DNA of 64,000 nt from Candidatus Dormiibacterota bacterium (GCA_963709585.1 CAVPXI010000023.1:96001-160000), one strand, 5' to 3'. Positions 11,200 to 21,160 are shown, counted from the first letter of the stretch. Notes: generated by a model from the sequence alone, not told the origin. A program made the numbers and translations.

Positions 11200-12958
11200 G
11201 CCCGCGCCGGAGCTGGCGGTGCTCCGCGAACCGCTGCGCCAGATCGGCGGCGAGCAGGTCCTCGCCGGGCTCACCGCCGCGCTCTCGTGGCTGGAGGCCA
11301 ACCAGCAGGAGATCAACGACCTCAACGTGTTCCCGGTCCCCGACGGCGACACGGGTTCGAACATGTACCTGACCCTGCGCTCGGCGGTGGAGGAGGCGCG
11401 CGACGCCCCCAACCCCGAGGCGGCGGACTCGGTGCTTGCCGCCGCTGCCCACGGCTCGCTCATGGGGGCTCGCGGGAACAGCGGCGTCATCCTCTCGCAG
11501 ATCCTCCGCGGCTTTGCCCAGGGGGCGGCCCAGCGCTCTCGCCTTGACGCCCGCGGGGTGGCGCTGGCGATCACCGAGGCCTCCGCCGTCGCGTACCGCG
11601 CCGTCATGAAACCCACCGAGGGCACGATCCTCACGGTCATTCGGGACGCCGCCTCCGCCGCTGACGCCACCGCAGCAACCACCGACGACATCAGGGTCAT
11701 CCTCGACCGTGTGGTCACCGAAGCGCACGCGGCCGTCGAACGCACTACCGATCAACTCCAGGTGCTCCGTGACGCGAACGTCGTTGACGCCGGCGGCTTC
11801 GGCCTGGCGGTGATCCTCGAAGGTTTCGCGCGGGCGGTCGGCGATGCGCAACCCGCCGCCGCGCCGCCGGCGCTGCTCCGCCGCTCGGGCGAGCCGGCAC
11901 TTCGGCTCCCGCCGCGGCCCGGTGACATGGAGGCGACGGGCTCAGCGGTGCCGCGTCGTGGCGCGGCTGCGATCGCCCCGCGCGAGCAGGGGTGGGGCTA
12001 CTGCACCGAGTTTTTGATCAACGGCCCCGGCCTCGACGTCGACGCCATCCGGACCGAGCTCTCCGCGCTCGGCGAATCGGCGCTCGTGGTCGGAGACCCG
12101 GAGCTGGTGCGCGTCCATATCCACACCGGCGACCCCGCCGGCCTGATCGCCGCGGCGTCCTCTCGCGGACGCATGAGCAAGCTCAAGGTCGAGGACATGT
12201 CCGCCCAGCACCACGGCGTGCTCGAGCGTGCCGACGCCAGCGAGGCGGAGGCGGACGCAACCGCGACGCCCGCGGCCGCGACGCGCCCGCAGGCAGGCCC
12301 CAAGCCGATCGGCGTTGCCAGCGTGGCACCGGGTGATGGGTTCCGCGAGATCATGGGAAGCCTTGGTGCCGACAGCATCGTGAGTGGCGGCCAGAGCATG
12401 AACCCCTCCATCGAGGATCTGCTCAAGGGCGTGCTCGCGGTCAACGCCGAGAACGTCATCCTGCTGCCCAACAACGGCAACGTGATTCTCACCGCCGAGC
12501 AGGTGGATCCCCTTGCAGAGGGATGCGAGGTGCGGGTCGTGCCGACCAGAAATCTCCCCCAGGGCATCAGCGCGCTGCTCGCATTCGACCCCGCTGCCAG
12601 CCTCGAGGAGAACAGCGAGCGCATGCTGGCGGCGATCGCGACCGTGCGAGCGGTGGAGGTGACCCACGCGGTCCGCGATTCGAAGGTCAACGGGCACCGC
12701 ATCAAGGTCGGCAATGTGATCGCCGTCGTCGACGACGAGATCACCGAGGTCGGCAGCGACTACCTCGGTGTCATCGACGCGGTGCTGCGTGCGCAGACGG
12801 TAAAGCCGGAATTGGTCACCGTCTACCGCGGTCAGGAGGTCAGCGAGGACGACGCCGAGGCCTTGATCGCGCACCTGCGCGAATCGCATCAGGGGACCGA
12901 GTTCGAGCTGCAGACGGGAGGACAGGAGCACTACCCATACGTGCTCTCGCTGGAGTGA
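11186..12958 (+). CDS. fakA: DAK2-domain fatty acid kinase subunit FakA (YloV)
   Basis: INDLNVFPVPDGDTGSNM, GARGNSGVILSQ, GYCTEF, GGQSMNPS, LPNN, GGQxxYxYxLSLE. Confidence 0.92.
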   Translation: MSATRPAPELAVLREPLRQIGGEQVLAGLTAALSWLEANQQEINDLNVFPVPDGDTGSNMYLTLRSAVEEARDAPNPEAADSVLAAAAHGSLMGARGNSGVILSQILRGFAQGAAQRSRLDARGVALAITEASAVAYRAVMKPTEGTILTVIRDAASAADATAATTDDIRVILDRVVTEAHAAVERTTDQLQVLRDANVVDAGGFGLAVILEGFARAVGDAQPAAAPPALLRRSGEPALRLPPRPGDMEATGSAVPRRGAAAIAPREQGWGYCTEFLINGPGLDVDAIRTELSALGESALVVGDPELVRVHIHTGDPAGLIAAASSRGRMSKLKVEDMSAQHHGVLERADASEAEADATATPAAATRPQAGPKPIGVASVAPGDGFREIMGSLGADSIVSGGQSMNPSIEDLLKGVLAVNAENVILLPNNGNVILTAEQVDPLAEGCEVRVVPTRNLPQGISALLAFDPAASLEENSERMLAAIATVRAVEVTHAVRDSKVNGHRIKVGNVIAVVDDEITEVGSDYLGVIDAVLRAQTVKPELVTVYRGQEVSEDDAEALIAHLRESHQGTEFELQTGGQEHYPYVLSLE

Positions 12959-12959
12959 G

Positions 12960-13796
12960 GTGATCCATCTCGTCACCGACAGCACGTCCGACATCTCCCC
13001 GTCGGATGCGAAAGCCCTGGGGGTCCACGTGGTGCCGTTGATCGTGCGATTCGGCGAGGAGCAGTACCGCGACGGCGTTGATATCGACGCCGATCAGTTC
13101 TACGCAAAGCTGGCAGACGCCGGTGTGCATCCCACGACGTCGCAGCCGTCGCCCGACGTTTTCGCGACGCTGTACAGGACGCTGCTCGCCGATCCGGATG
13201 ACCACGTCGTCGGGCTGCACATCTCGTCGAAGATGAGCGGGACGCTGCAATCGGCGACGCTTGCGGCGCAGGGGTTCGACTCCGGTCGCATCCACCTCGT
13301 CGACACCGAGAGCGTGAGCGGCGGTCTCCAGTTGCTCGTGCGCGCGGCGCTCGACGACATCAAGGCCGGCGACCCACCGAACGTGGTCACGGACAAGGCG
13401 ACCCGGCGTCGCAGCAAGGTGACCATCCTGGTGCTGCTCGACACCCTCACCTACCTGCATCGCGGCGGGCGGATCGGCCGTGCCCAGGCGTTCGTCGGCA
13501 GCCTGCTCAACGTCAAACCGCTGATCGGGGTGCGCGACGGCGAGGTCGTCCCGCTCGCCCGTTTGCGCAGCCGGTCCAAGGGCATCGACATGATCGTCGA
13601 GCATGTGCGTGGCTGCTTGCCGCTGCGCAGCCTGGCCGAGTTTCACGCGGCGGCCGCCGAGTCGATGGTCGACCTCGAGGCGCGGCTGGGTGCGGCAGTC
13701 ACCAATGTCACCGCCGTGCTTGGACGGATAGGGCCGGTCGTCGGCGCGTACAGCGGGCCGGGTGGCCTCGGAGTCGCCTGCCTCGGCGCGGACTAA
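12960..13796 (+). CDS. DegV family fatty-acid binding protein (FakB)
   Basis: VTDSTSD, TTSQPSP, ISSKMSGT, YLHRGGRIG, LLNVKPLI. Confidence 0.92.
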   Translation: MIHLVTDSTSDISPSDAKALGVHVVPLIVRFGEEQYRDGVDIDADQFYAKLADAGVHPTTSQPSPDVFATLYRTLLADPDDHVVGLHISSKMSGTLQSATLAAQGFDSGRIHLVDTESVSGGLQLLVRAALDDIKAGDPPNVVTDKATRRRSKVTILVLLDTLTYLHRGGRIGRAQAFVGSLLNVKPLIGVRDGEVVPLARLRSRSKGIDMIVEHVRGCLPLRSLAEFHAAAAESMVDLEARLGAAVTNVTAVLGRIGPVVGAYSGPGGLGVACLGAD

Positions 13797-13819
13797 TCGG
13801 GCAGGCCTGCCACGATGGA

Positions 13820-15910
13820 ATGGCTGTGAGTTCGCACGTGGTTTCGCTCGTGACCCCGACGTACGTGCCGCTCGACCTCGACCTGCCCATGTTCCGGATC
13901 ACCGGAATCGGCCCGCGTCAGGCGCAGCGGCTCGAGAAGCTGGGCATCAGCACCGTCCGAGACCTGCTGTTCCACCTGCCCCGGCGTTACGAGGACACCC
14001 GCGAAACCGTGCCGCTGCGAGCCCTGCAACCGGGCATCGTGCAGACGGCGCACGTCCGCATTCGCAACGTGAGCTCGAGACGGAGCCCGTACAAGAAGAT
14101 GGTGCTCGTCGAGGCGACCCTCGAGGACGATGGTGCGGTGGCGACGGCGGTGTGGTTCAACCAGCCATTTCTCACCCGCCAGCTGCAGCCGGGGATGGAG
14201 TTGATGGTCAGCGGCAAGGTCGAGATGTCGAGGACCGGGTTGACCTTTCGCAATCCAGCCTTCGAGCGCGCCGGTAAAGACCAGCACCACGTCGGCACCC
14301 TCGCGCCGGTGTACCCGGAAACCGACGGGATCACGTCGCGCTTCCTGCGCACACGCATCGAGCCGCTCCTGGGGCTCGCAACCCAGGTGCCCGACCGTCT
14401 GCCGCCGTCGATTCGCGATGCCGAAGGCCTGATGCCGATCGCCGAGGCGCTCTACCAGGTGCATGTGCCCGACACTCTCGCGACTGCGGCCCGGGCTCGC
14501 GAGCGGATCGCGTTCGAGGAGCTCTTCCTGCTCCAGGTTGCGGCTGAGCGCGCCCGGCGGCGGCGCATGAGCGGGCCAGGGGTGATCGTCGGTTACGACA
14601 TCGAGCTGGCACGACGCTTCGTCGCGACCCTGCCCTTCAAGCTCACCGACGGGCAGCGCGTCGCCGCCCACGAGATTCTCACCGACCTCGCCGCGCCCGG
14701 CCCCATGAACCGGCTGCTCCAGGGCGACGTCGGCAGCGGCAAGACCGTGGTCGCGGCCCTGGCAGCCCTGATGACCCACCACGCCGGCTTTCAGACCGCG
14801 GTCATGGCGCCCACCGAGATCCTGGCGCGGCAGCATCACGCGACGCTCGACACCCTGCTGACACAGCACGGCCTCCCGCCCCGCCTGCTCGTCGGCAGCA
14901 CCTCCGCGGCCACGCGCCGGGAGATCCTGGCCGGTCTGGCCGGCGGCCACGATTCGCTCATTGTTGGAACCCACGCGCTGATCGAGGACGACGTCGCGAT
15001 GGCCAACCTCGGCCTGGTCGTGGTCGACGAGCAGCATCGCTTCGGCGTCGCCCAGCGGCAGCGCCTTCGACAGACCTCGGGAGCGATGCCCAACTACCTG
15101 GCGATGACCGCCACCCCGATCCCTCGCTCGCTGTCGAACACGCTCTACGGCGACGTCGATCTCAGCGAGTTGCGCGAGATGCCGCCAGGTCGGCGCACCG
15201 TCGAAACCCGCGTGGTCCCGGCGCACGAGCGGGCAGGCGCCTACGAGTTCGTCCGAGCCGAGGCGGTCAAGGGGCGCCAGGCGTTCGTCATCTGCCCGCT
15301 CATCGAGGAGTCCGACAAGCTCGGTGCGCGCAGCGCGACCGCCGAGTTCGAGCGGCTGAGCACCACGGTCTTTCCCGACCTGCGTGTCGAGCTGCTGCAT
15401 GGACGCATGCCGGCGCGGGAGAAGGCCACGCGGATGGATCGGTTCGTGCGCGGGGACGCCGACATCCTCGTGGCCACCAGCGTGGTCGAGGTCGGCGTGG
15501 ACGTCCCCAATGCGACCGTCATGGTGATCGAGGGCGCCGAGCGATTCGGGCTCGCGCAGCTGCACCAGTTTCGAGGTCGCGTGGGACGAGCTCAGCACCA
15601 GTCGTACTGCCTGCTCTTCGAGGGCGGGATCGATGAGGAGGGCTCGCAGCGGCTCGCCGCCGTGGCGGCAACCGACAGCGGTTTCGAGCTTGCGGAGCGT
15701 GACCTCCAGCTGCGCGGACCCGGGCAGATCGTCGGCCTGCGCCAGCACGGACTTCCCGAGATGCTCGCCGCCGACCTTCTCGACGTGGCGTTGGCCAAGC
15801 GCGCCCGGCAGGCCGCGCTTGCATCGCTCGACCACGACGCCGATCTCTCCGCCTGGAAACCGCTCTCGGACGCGATGAACGGCTACCGGGCGGTCTTCGA
15901 CATCGATTAA
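13820..15910 (+). CDS. recG: ATP-dependent DNA helicase RecG
   Basis: MNRLLQGDVGSGKT, DEQHRFGV, MTATPIPR, GLAQLHQFRGRVGR, DLQLRGPG. Confidence 0.97.
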   Translation: MAVSSHVVSLVTPTYVPLDLDLPMFRITGIGPRQAQRLEKLGISTVRDLLFHLPRRYEDTRETVPLRALQPGIVQTAHVRIRNVSSRRSPYKKMVLVEATLEDDGAVATAVWFNQPFLTRQLQPGMELMVSGKVEMSRTGLTFRNPAFERAGKDQHHVGTLAPVYPETDGITSRFLRTRIEPLLGLATQVPDRLPPSIRDAEGLMPIAEALYQVHVPDTLATAARARERIAFEELFLLQVAAERARRRRMSGPGVIVGYDIELARRFVATLPFKLTDGQRVAAHEILTDLAAPGPMNRLLQGDVGSGKTVVAALAALMTHHAGFQTAVMAPTEILARQHHATLDTLLTQHGLPPRLLVGSTSAATRREILAGLAGGHDSLIVGTHALIEDDVAMANLGLVVVDEQHRFGVAQRQRLRQTSGAMPNYLAMTATPIPRSLSNTLYGDVDLSELREMPPGRRTVETRVVPAHERAGAYEFVRAEAVKGRQAFVICPLIEESDKLGARSATAEFERLSTTVFPDLRVELLHGRMPAREKATRMDRFVRGDADILVATSVVEVGVDVPNATVMVIEGAERFGLAQLHQFRGRVGRAQHQSYCLLFEGGIDEEGSQRLAAVAATDSGFELAERDLQLRGPGQIVGLRQHGLPEMLAADLLDVALAKRARQAALASLDHDADLSAWKPLSDAMNGYRAVFDID

Positions 15911-15931
15911 CGTGCGCCGGCTCGCCGCCCC

Positions 15932-16537
15932 ATGCCAGTGCGTCTGAAGACCGGACCGAAGCACTTGGCGCAGACCCGGATCACCGCCGGCGAATGGCGC
16001 GGTCGCGTCGTCAGCACCCCGTCCGGACGCGAGGTCCGCCCGACCCGCGCGATGGTGCGCCAGTCGGTCTACGACATCCTCGGCGCACGCGTGGTCGGCG
16101 CTCGGATGCTCGACCTCTATGCGGGCGCCGGCACGGTCGGCTTCGAGGCATTGTCGCGAGGAGCGGCGACGGTGACGTTCGTCGAGCGCCATCGCGAGGC
16201 GCTCGTGCTGATCGCCAGCACCGCCGAGCGTTTCGGTTGCCGCGACCGATGCAGTCTCGTCGGCGCCGACGTGCCGCGCTGGCTTCGCGGCGCGTCGGCG
16301 CAGACCGAGGAAGCCGACCTCTGTTACGTCGACGCGCCATACCGGGACCCCGAGCTGGAACGCGTGCTCGAATTGCTCGGTGCGGCCCCACCACGTCTTG
16401 TCGTGTGCGAACATCACCGCGCCCGCGAAATTCCCGAGCACATCGGCAACCTCACACGGTTCCGCGAGGCGCGTTACGGCCTGACCACCATCAGCTTCCT
16501 GCAGCGAGACGCTGCACCATCGGACGGAACAGCGTGA
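15932..16537 (+). CDS. rsmD: 16S rRNA (guanine966-N2)-methyltransferase
   Basis: RITAGEWRGR, RPT, LDLYAGAG.VGFEALSRGA, DAPY; recG-rsmD-coaD synteny. Confidence 0.88.
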   Translation: MPVRLKTGPKHLAQTRITAGEWRGRVVSTPSGREVRPTRAMVRQSVYDILGARVVGARMLDLYAGAGTVGFEALSRGAATVTFVERHREALVLIASTAERFGCRDRCSLVGADVPRWLRGASAQTEEADLCYVDAPYRDPELERVLELLGAAPPRLVVCEHHRAREIPEHIGNLTRFREARYGLTTISFLQRDAAPSDGTA

Positions 16538-17046
16538 GCGAGCGCATCGCCGTGTACCCCGGCAGCTTCGATCCGGTGACGTTCGGGCACCTCGACATCC
16601 TCGACCGCGCCGCGGCGATCTTCGACCAGGTGGTCGTCGGGGTCCTCGAGAATCCAGGCAAGACACCACTGTTCACCGCTGCGGAACGGGTCGACATGCT
16701 CCGGGCGTGCCTCGAGTCGAGGTCGCGGATCGAGGTGACCACCTTCGACGGGCTCACCGTGGAGTTCGCTGCCGGCACGGGCGCGATCGCGATCGTGCGC
16801 GGACTGCGGGTGATCAGCGACTTCGAGTCCGAGTTCCAGATGGCTCTGATGAACCGGCGCCTCAACCCGGCGGTGAACACCGTTTTCCTGATGACCTCGT
16901 TCTCCAATGTCTTCATCTCCTCCTCATTGATCAAGGAGGTGTGCCGCCTCGGCGGCAACGTCAGCGAGATGGCGCCCCCGGTGAGCGTGGAGGCGATGCG
17001 CCGGCGGTTCGCCGAACAGCGCGAAGAAGAGGCACGAACCAGTTGA
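16534..17046 (+). CDS. coaD: Pantetheine-phosphate adenylyltransferase
   Basis: YPGSFDPVTFGHLDI, RGLRVISDFESE, ISSSLIKE. Confidence 0.97.
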   Translation: MSERIAVYPGSFDPVTFGHLDILDRAAAIFDQVVVGVLENPGKTPLFTAAERVDMLRACLESRSRIEVTTFDGLTVEFAAGTGAIAIVRGLRVISDFESEFQMALMNRRLNPAVNTVFLMTSFSNVFISSSLIKEVCRLGGNVSEMAPPVSVEAMRRRFAEQREEEARTS

Positions 17047-17579
17047 CTGATCATCCCGAGAACGCCGATCCCACCGTGATCGACCTCGTCGATCAACTCG
17101 AGGAGCTGGTCAGCACCGGCCGGCGGGTGCCATTCACCGCCGGCGTGCTCGTGAACGAGGACGAGGTGCTGGAGCTCATCGACCGCACCCGGCTCGGACT
17201 TCCCGACGAGTTGATGCAGGCGCGCCATCTCCTCGATGACCAGCGCCGCGTCGTCGTGGAGGCCGAGCAGGAGGCCGAACGGATCCTCTCGCGCGCGGAG
17301 ACCGAATCGGCGCGCATCGTTGCCGAGGCGGAGGCCCGCGTGGCAGTCATGGTCGGCGATCACGCCATCGCCGACCAGGCACGGGAGCATGCCGCCACCG
17401 TGCTCGCCGAGGCGGAGGAACGGGCCGCCAAGACCTGCAGCGAGGCCGACGCCTACGCCCGTGAGGTGATGCTCCGTCTCGAGGACCAGTTGATGCGGGC
17501 GGCCACCACGGTCCGCAAGGGCATCGACGCGCTGCCGAGTGAGGGTGGATCGCGTCGCAAACGCCGGGAGCGCGAATAG
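17043..17579 (+). CDS. Coiled-coil protein, SepIVA/Cdv3 (DivIVA-related)-like
   Basis: LEELVSTGRRVPFTAGVLVNEDEVLELID..LPDEL followed by a long coiled coil; lies between coaD and rpmF. Confidence 0.75.
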   Translation: MTDHPENADPTVIDLVDQLEELVSTGRRVPFTAGVLVNEDEVLELIDRTRLGLPDELMQARHLLDDQRRVVVEAEQEAERILSRAETESARIVAEAEARVAVMVGDHAIADQAREHAATVLAEAEERAAKTCSEADAYAREVMLRLEDQLMRAATTVRKGIDALPSEGGSRRKRRERE

Positions 17580-17675
17580 CGTCTCGGGTCGCGTACACCG
17601 GACGCACCGCTATACTGGCCGCACCCACTGGCCGCGCCGCCGTTTGCGTGCGCGCCGTCCCCGGAGAAACCGAGC

Positions 17676-17852
17676 ATGCCGCTTCCCAAGCAAAAGATCT
17701 CAAAGCGCCGCCGCGACTTTCGGCGCTCGCACCACGCCCTGGAAATGCCGACGCTGTCACCGTGCCCGCGCTGCCGTCAGCCGCGCATCCCGCATCGCGT
17801 CTGTCCGAACTGCGGCTACTATCACGGCCGCGAAGTGGTCGTCACCGAGTAG
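17676..17852 (+). CDS. rpmF: 50S ribosomal protein L32 (not in the ORF track)
   Basis: Manual translation MPLPKQKISKRRRDFRRSHHAL..CPRC..PHRVCPNCGYYHG; SD GGAG; TATACT at 17611. Confidence 0.95.
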   Translation: MPLPKQKISKRRRDFRRSHHALEMPTLSPCPRCRQPRIPHRVCPNCGYYHGREVVVTE

Positions 17853-17865
17853 CCATCCGGTCTTG

Positions 17866-18789
17866 GTGACCCGCGTCGCACTCTGCTTTCCCGGACAAGG
17901 CAGCCAAGCCGCCGGAATGGCGGACGGGTTGACCGGCCTCCCTATCGCCGCCGAAATGCTCGATGCGGCGCACGCTTCCGGCCTCGATCTGCGCGCGGCG
18001 CTCTCCGGCGACGACGACCACCTCCGCCCCACGGAGGTCGCGCAACCCGCGCTCCTCTTCGTCGAATGCGCGCTGCGCAGCACCTTGCCTGCTGACCTCG
18101 ATGTTGTCGCGGTCGCGGGGCACAGCGTCGGCGAGTACGCTGCCGCGGTCGCCGCCCATGCGCTGCAACCTGCAGACGCGATGCGTATCGTCATCGAGCG
18201 CGGTCGGGCGATGGCGGCGATGCACGAGGGAACGATGTGCGCATTGATCGGCATCGACGTCGATACCGCGACCGCGGTCTGCGACGAGACGCAGCGCGAG
18301 ACGGGAGCGATCGTGGTCGTCGCCAATCACAACGCGCCTGGTCAACTGGTGATCAGCGGCTCTGTCGCCGGCGTTGACGCGGCCGCGAAGCTGGCACTCA
18401 CACGGGGTGCGCGGCGCGCGATTCCGCTCAATGTGAGCGGTGCATTCCATTCGCCGTTGATGAGCGCAGCGGCAACCGCATTCGGTGCGGTGCTCGACGG
18501 TGTGTCAATCGCCGACCCGCATCCACCGGTGGTGTGCAACGTCGATGCACGTGACGTGCGTTCCGCCGCCGAGCTGCGGGAACGGCTGCGCGCACAGCTC
18601 ACGTCTCCGGTGCTCTGGATCGATTGCGTTCACCGGCTCGTGGAACTCGGCGCCGAGTTCCTCGTTGAAGTCGGCCCCGGCAGCGTGCTGAGCGGGCTGG
18701 CTCGGCGCATCGCGCCGGATGTGCGCACGGTGTCGGTGAACACTCCGGACGCCGCCGTGCGGCTCGATGCTGCGGTCGTCGCGGGGTGA
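17866..18789 (+). CDS. fabD: Malonyl-CoA:ACP transacylase
   Basis: FPGQGSQ, GHSVGEY, NVSGAFHSPLM, EVGPG. Confidence 0.95.
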   Translation: MTRVALCFPGQGSQAAGMADGLTGLPIAAEMLDAAHASGLDLRAALSGDDDHLRPTEVAQPALLFVECALRSTLPADLDVVAVAGHSVGEYAAAVAAHALQPADAMRIVIERGRAMAAMHEGTMCALIGIDVDTATAVCDETQRETGAIVVVANHNAPGQLVISGSVAGVDAAAKLALTRGARRAIPLNVSGAFHSPLMSAAATAFGAVLDGVSIADPHPPVVCNVDARDVRSAAELRERLRAQLTSPVLWIDCVHRLVELGAEFLVEVGPGSVLSGLARRIAPDVRTVSVNTPDAAVRLDAAVVAG

Positions 18790-19544
18790 GCGAGACGCGC
18801 GCGCTCGAAGGCAGGCGAGCCCTGGTGACCGGCGCATCGCGCGGCATCGGCAGGGCGACGGCGGTGGCGCTGGCGCGGGCGGGCGCGGCCGTGGCCGTGG
18901 GCTACTCGGCGCACCCGGAGGATGCCGAAGCCGTGGTCGCCGCGCTGAGCACCGACCACAATGCGATCGCCGTCGCGCTGGGCGCCGACCTCGCCGATCC
19001 GAGCGCCGCCGCGGGGCTCGTGGAACAGACCGTGAAGGCGCTCGGTGGGCTCGACATCGTTGTCAACAACGCCGGGATCGCTCGGGACAACCTGGCGATG
19101 CGCCTCAGCGACGACGACTGGGACGCGGTGATCGCCATCGATCTGACCGCAGCCTTCCACATCTGCCGCGCCGCGCTCCGGCCCATGCTCCGCCAGCGAT
19201 TCGGCCGCATCGTCAACGTTTCGAGCATCTCCGGTGTCATCGGCAACGCCGGACAGTCCAACTACTCGGCCGCGAAGGCCGGCCTGATCGGGCTCACCAA
19301 GTCGCTGGCGCGCGAGGTCGCGAGCCGCGACATCACCGTCAACGCGGTGGCCCCCGGTTTCATCGAAACCGAGATGACCACGTCGCTCGGTGACGCCGTC
19401 CGGGCGTCGGCGATCGCCGCGATTCCCAAGGGGCGGATGGGGACCGCGGACGAGGTCGCCGCAGCGATCGCCTTTCTCGTCCTGCCGGAGTCCGGGTACA
19501 TCACCGGTCACGTGCTCCACGTCGACGGCGGTCTCGCAGCGTGA
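18786..19544 (+). CDS. fabG: 3-oxoacyl-ACP reductase
   Basis: TGASRGIG, NNAGI, GNAGQSNYSAAKAG, VAPGFI. Confidence 0.95.
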   Translation: MSETRALEGRRALVTGASRGIGRATAVALARAGAAVAVGYSAHPEDAEAVVAALSTDHNAIAVALGADLADPSAAAGLVEQTVKALGGLDIVVNNAGIARDNLAMRLSDDDWDAVIAIDLTAAFHICRAALRPMLRQRFGRIVNVSSISGVIGNAGQSNYSAAKAGLIGLTKSLAREVASRDITVNAVAPGFIETEMTTSLGDAVRASAIAAIPKGRMGTADEVAAAIAFLVLPESGYITGHVLHVDGGLAA

Positions 19545-19703
19545 GCGACGGCGGCGCCCCCGTTGACAGCGAAAGCCCACCGGAACGCATCATCGACGGC
19601 GCCTCGGGACCCTTCGCGTGGCGTCCCCCCGCTCCTGACGCTATCGTTTCGCCCCAGACTGATGCGGCACCTGCCGCAACCACCCAATCACAAGGAACGC
19701 CTG

Positions 19704-19952
19704 ATGCCAGATCTAACCTTCGACCGGTTCAAGGCGATCGTCGCCGATCAACTCGGCGTGGAGACCGAGCAGGTGACGCCGGAGGCGTCGTTCGTGGAGG
19801 ACCTGAACGCGGACTCGCTCGACCTGGTCGAGCTGATCATGGCGTTCGAGGAGGAGTACCAGATGGAGATCTCGGACGAGGACGCGGAGAAGATCGGGAC
19901 AGTCGGCCAAGCCTGGGACTACATCCAGGAGAAGGTGGGGGCGACAACCTAG
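19704..19952 (+). CDS. acpP: Acyl carrier protein
   Basis: [19 protein letters not shown]; SD AAGGA upstream. Confidence 0.97.
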   Translation: MPDLTFDRFKAIVADQLGVETEQVTPEASFVEDLNADSLDLVELIMAFEEEYQMEISDEDAEKIGTVGQAWDYIQEKVGATT

Positions 19953-20094
19953 CCCCGCCGGCGCAGGCCCCGACGGCCGTCGCGCCGGCCAAAAGTCCGG
20001 CGGAAAAAGTCCGGCGGAAAAGAGCCCGGCGGCCGTTCGAGCGCCCAAGCAGCCGCCGGCGCCCAAGCAGACGCCGTCGCCGCTCGGAGAGGCG

Positions 20095-21153
20095 GACCTC
20101 GAGCGCCTGCGCGAGCTCCAGAAGCGGATCGGGATCCAGTTCCGCAACCAGGAGTTGCTCCGCGAGGCGATGACCCACGCCTCCTGGAACAACGAGCACG
20201 GCGAGCAGGCCGGCCCCGGGCATGACAACGAGCGGCTCGAGTACCTCGGCGACGCCGTCCTCGAGCTCGTGGTCGGCGATTACCTCTTCCGGCGCTTCCC
20301 CACGTACGACGAAGGTCAGCTGACCCAGCTCCGCGCCGCGCTGGTCAACACCACCTCGCTGGCACGCCTCGGCGAGCGCCTCGAGCTCGGCGAGACGCTG
20401 CTGATGGGACGGGGAGCGGTCAAGACGGGCGCCCGCAAGCTTCCCTCGCTGCTCGCGAACGCCTTCGAGGCGATGATCGGCGCCATCTTTCTCGACCAGG
20501 GCTACCGAGCGGCGACCAAGGTCTTCCTGCAGAACATCGGCGACCTCGCCGAGTGGAGCGACGAGAACTTCAAGGGCCAGCTCCAGCAGGCGTCGCAGGA
20601 CCGCACCGGGGACACCCCGCACTATCGGGTGGTCGCAACCGGCGGCCCCGGCCACAAGCGTGAGTACACCGCCGAGGTACTGCTCGGCGACCGGGTCGGT
20701 GGGACCGGGCGCGGTCCGACCAAACAGGCCGCCGAGCAGGCGGCCGCGCGCGATGCGCTCGACAAGCTGAGCGAGACCGGACGGGGCGGCGCTGCGGCCG
20801 CCGTTGGCGCGGCGCGCGACGCCGCCAAGACGGTGGCGTCGGAGCCTGCGCGTGTCCGCCGCCGCGTCGCCGAGGTCGCCGCGGATCGTGGCGCCACGCC
20901 GCGCCGTCGCCGCGGACGCTCTGGATCTCGTCCTGCCGACGCGCTGACCCCGACGGCTGAGACGTCGGCTCCGAAGCGGAGCCGGAGCCTGCTGACGACC
21001 CTGCGCCACGCCGCCGAGGCTCTCGTCGGTCGCCAGCCGGCGCCGCCGCAGCCACCCACGCCCGAGGCCGCCGCACCGCCCCCGCGCCGCCGTCGCGGGC
21101 GCCGGGGCGGTCGAGGCCGCGGCGGCGGGAGCACACCGACGGTCGAGCAGTGA
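20095..21153 (+). CDS. rnc: Ribonuclease III with long basic C-terminal tail; true start unresolved
   Basis: THAS, DNERLEYLGDAVLE, ANAFEAMIGAIFLD, dsRBD (K.QLQ..GPGH..TKQAAEQAAA); first conserved helix lies upstream of the TTG at 20155. Confidence 0.93.
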   Translation, partial: DLERLRELQKRIGIQFRNQELLREAMTHASWNNEHGEQAGPGHDNERLEYLGDAVLELVVGDYLFRRFPTYDEGQLTQLRAALVNTTSLARLGERLELGETLLMGRGAVKTGARKLPSLLANAFEAMIGAIFLDQGYRAATKVFLQNIGDLAEWSDENFKGQLQQASQDRTGDTPHYRVVATGGPGHKREYTAEVLLGDRVGGTGRGPTKQAAEQAAARDALDKLSETGRGGAAAAVGAARDAAKTVASEPARVRRRVAEVAADRGATPRRRRGRSGSRPADALTPTAETSAPKRSRSLLTTLRHAAEALVGRQPAPPQPPTPEAAAPPPRRRRGRRGGRGRGGGSTPTVEQ

Positions 21154-21160
21154 GCACCAG

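Noticed and set aside
13793-16669. Long antisense ORFs (958 aa here; also 23815-25761, 39766-41661, 61247-63079)
   Set aside because: These are shadows of real genes, expected from stop-codon scarcity at high GC, and carry no motifs.
19563-19593. TTGACA promoter for acpP
   Set aside because: The best -10 (CATCAT) is weak and 19 nt away; not enough support to call.
19541-20173. 210-aa ORF overlapping acpP in another frame
   Set aside because: Low-complexity off-frame translation over a clear acpP; only its 3' part may belong to the rnc N-terminus.
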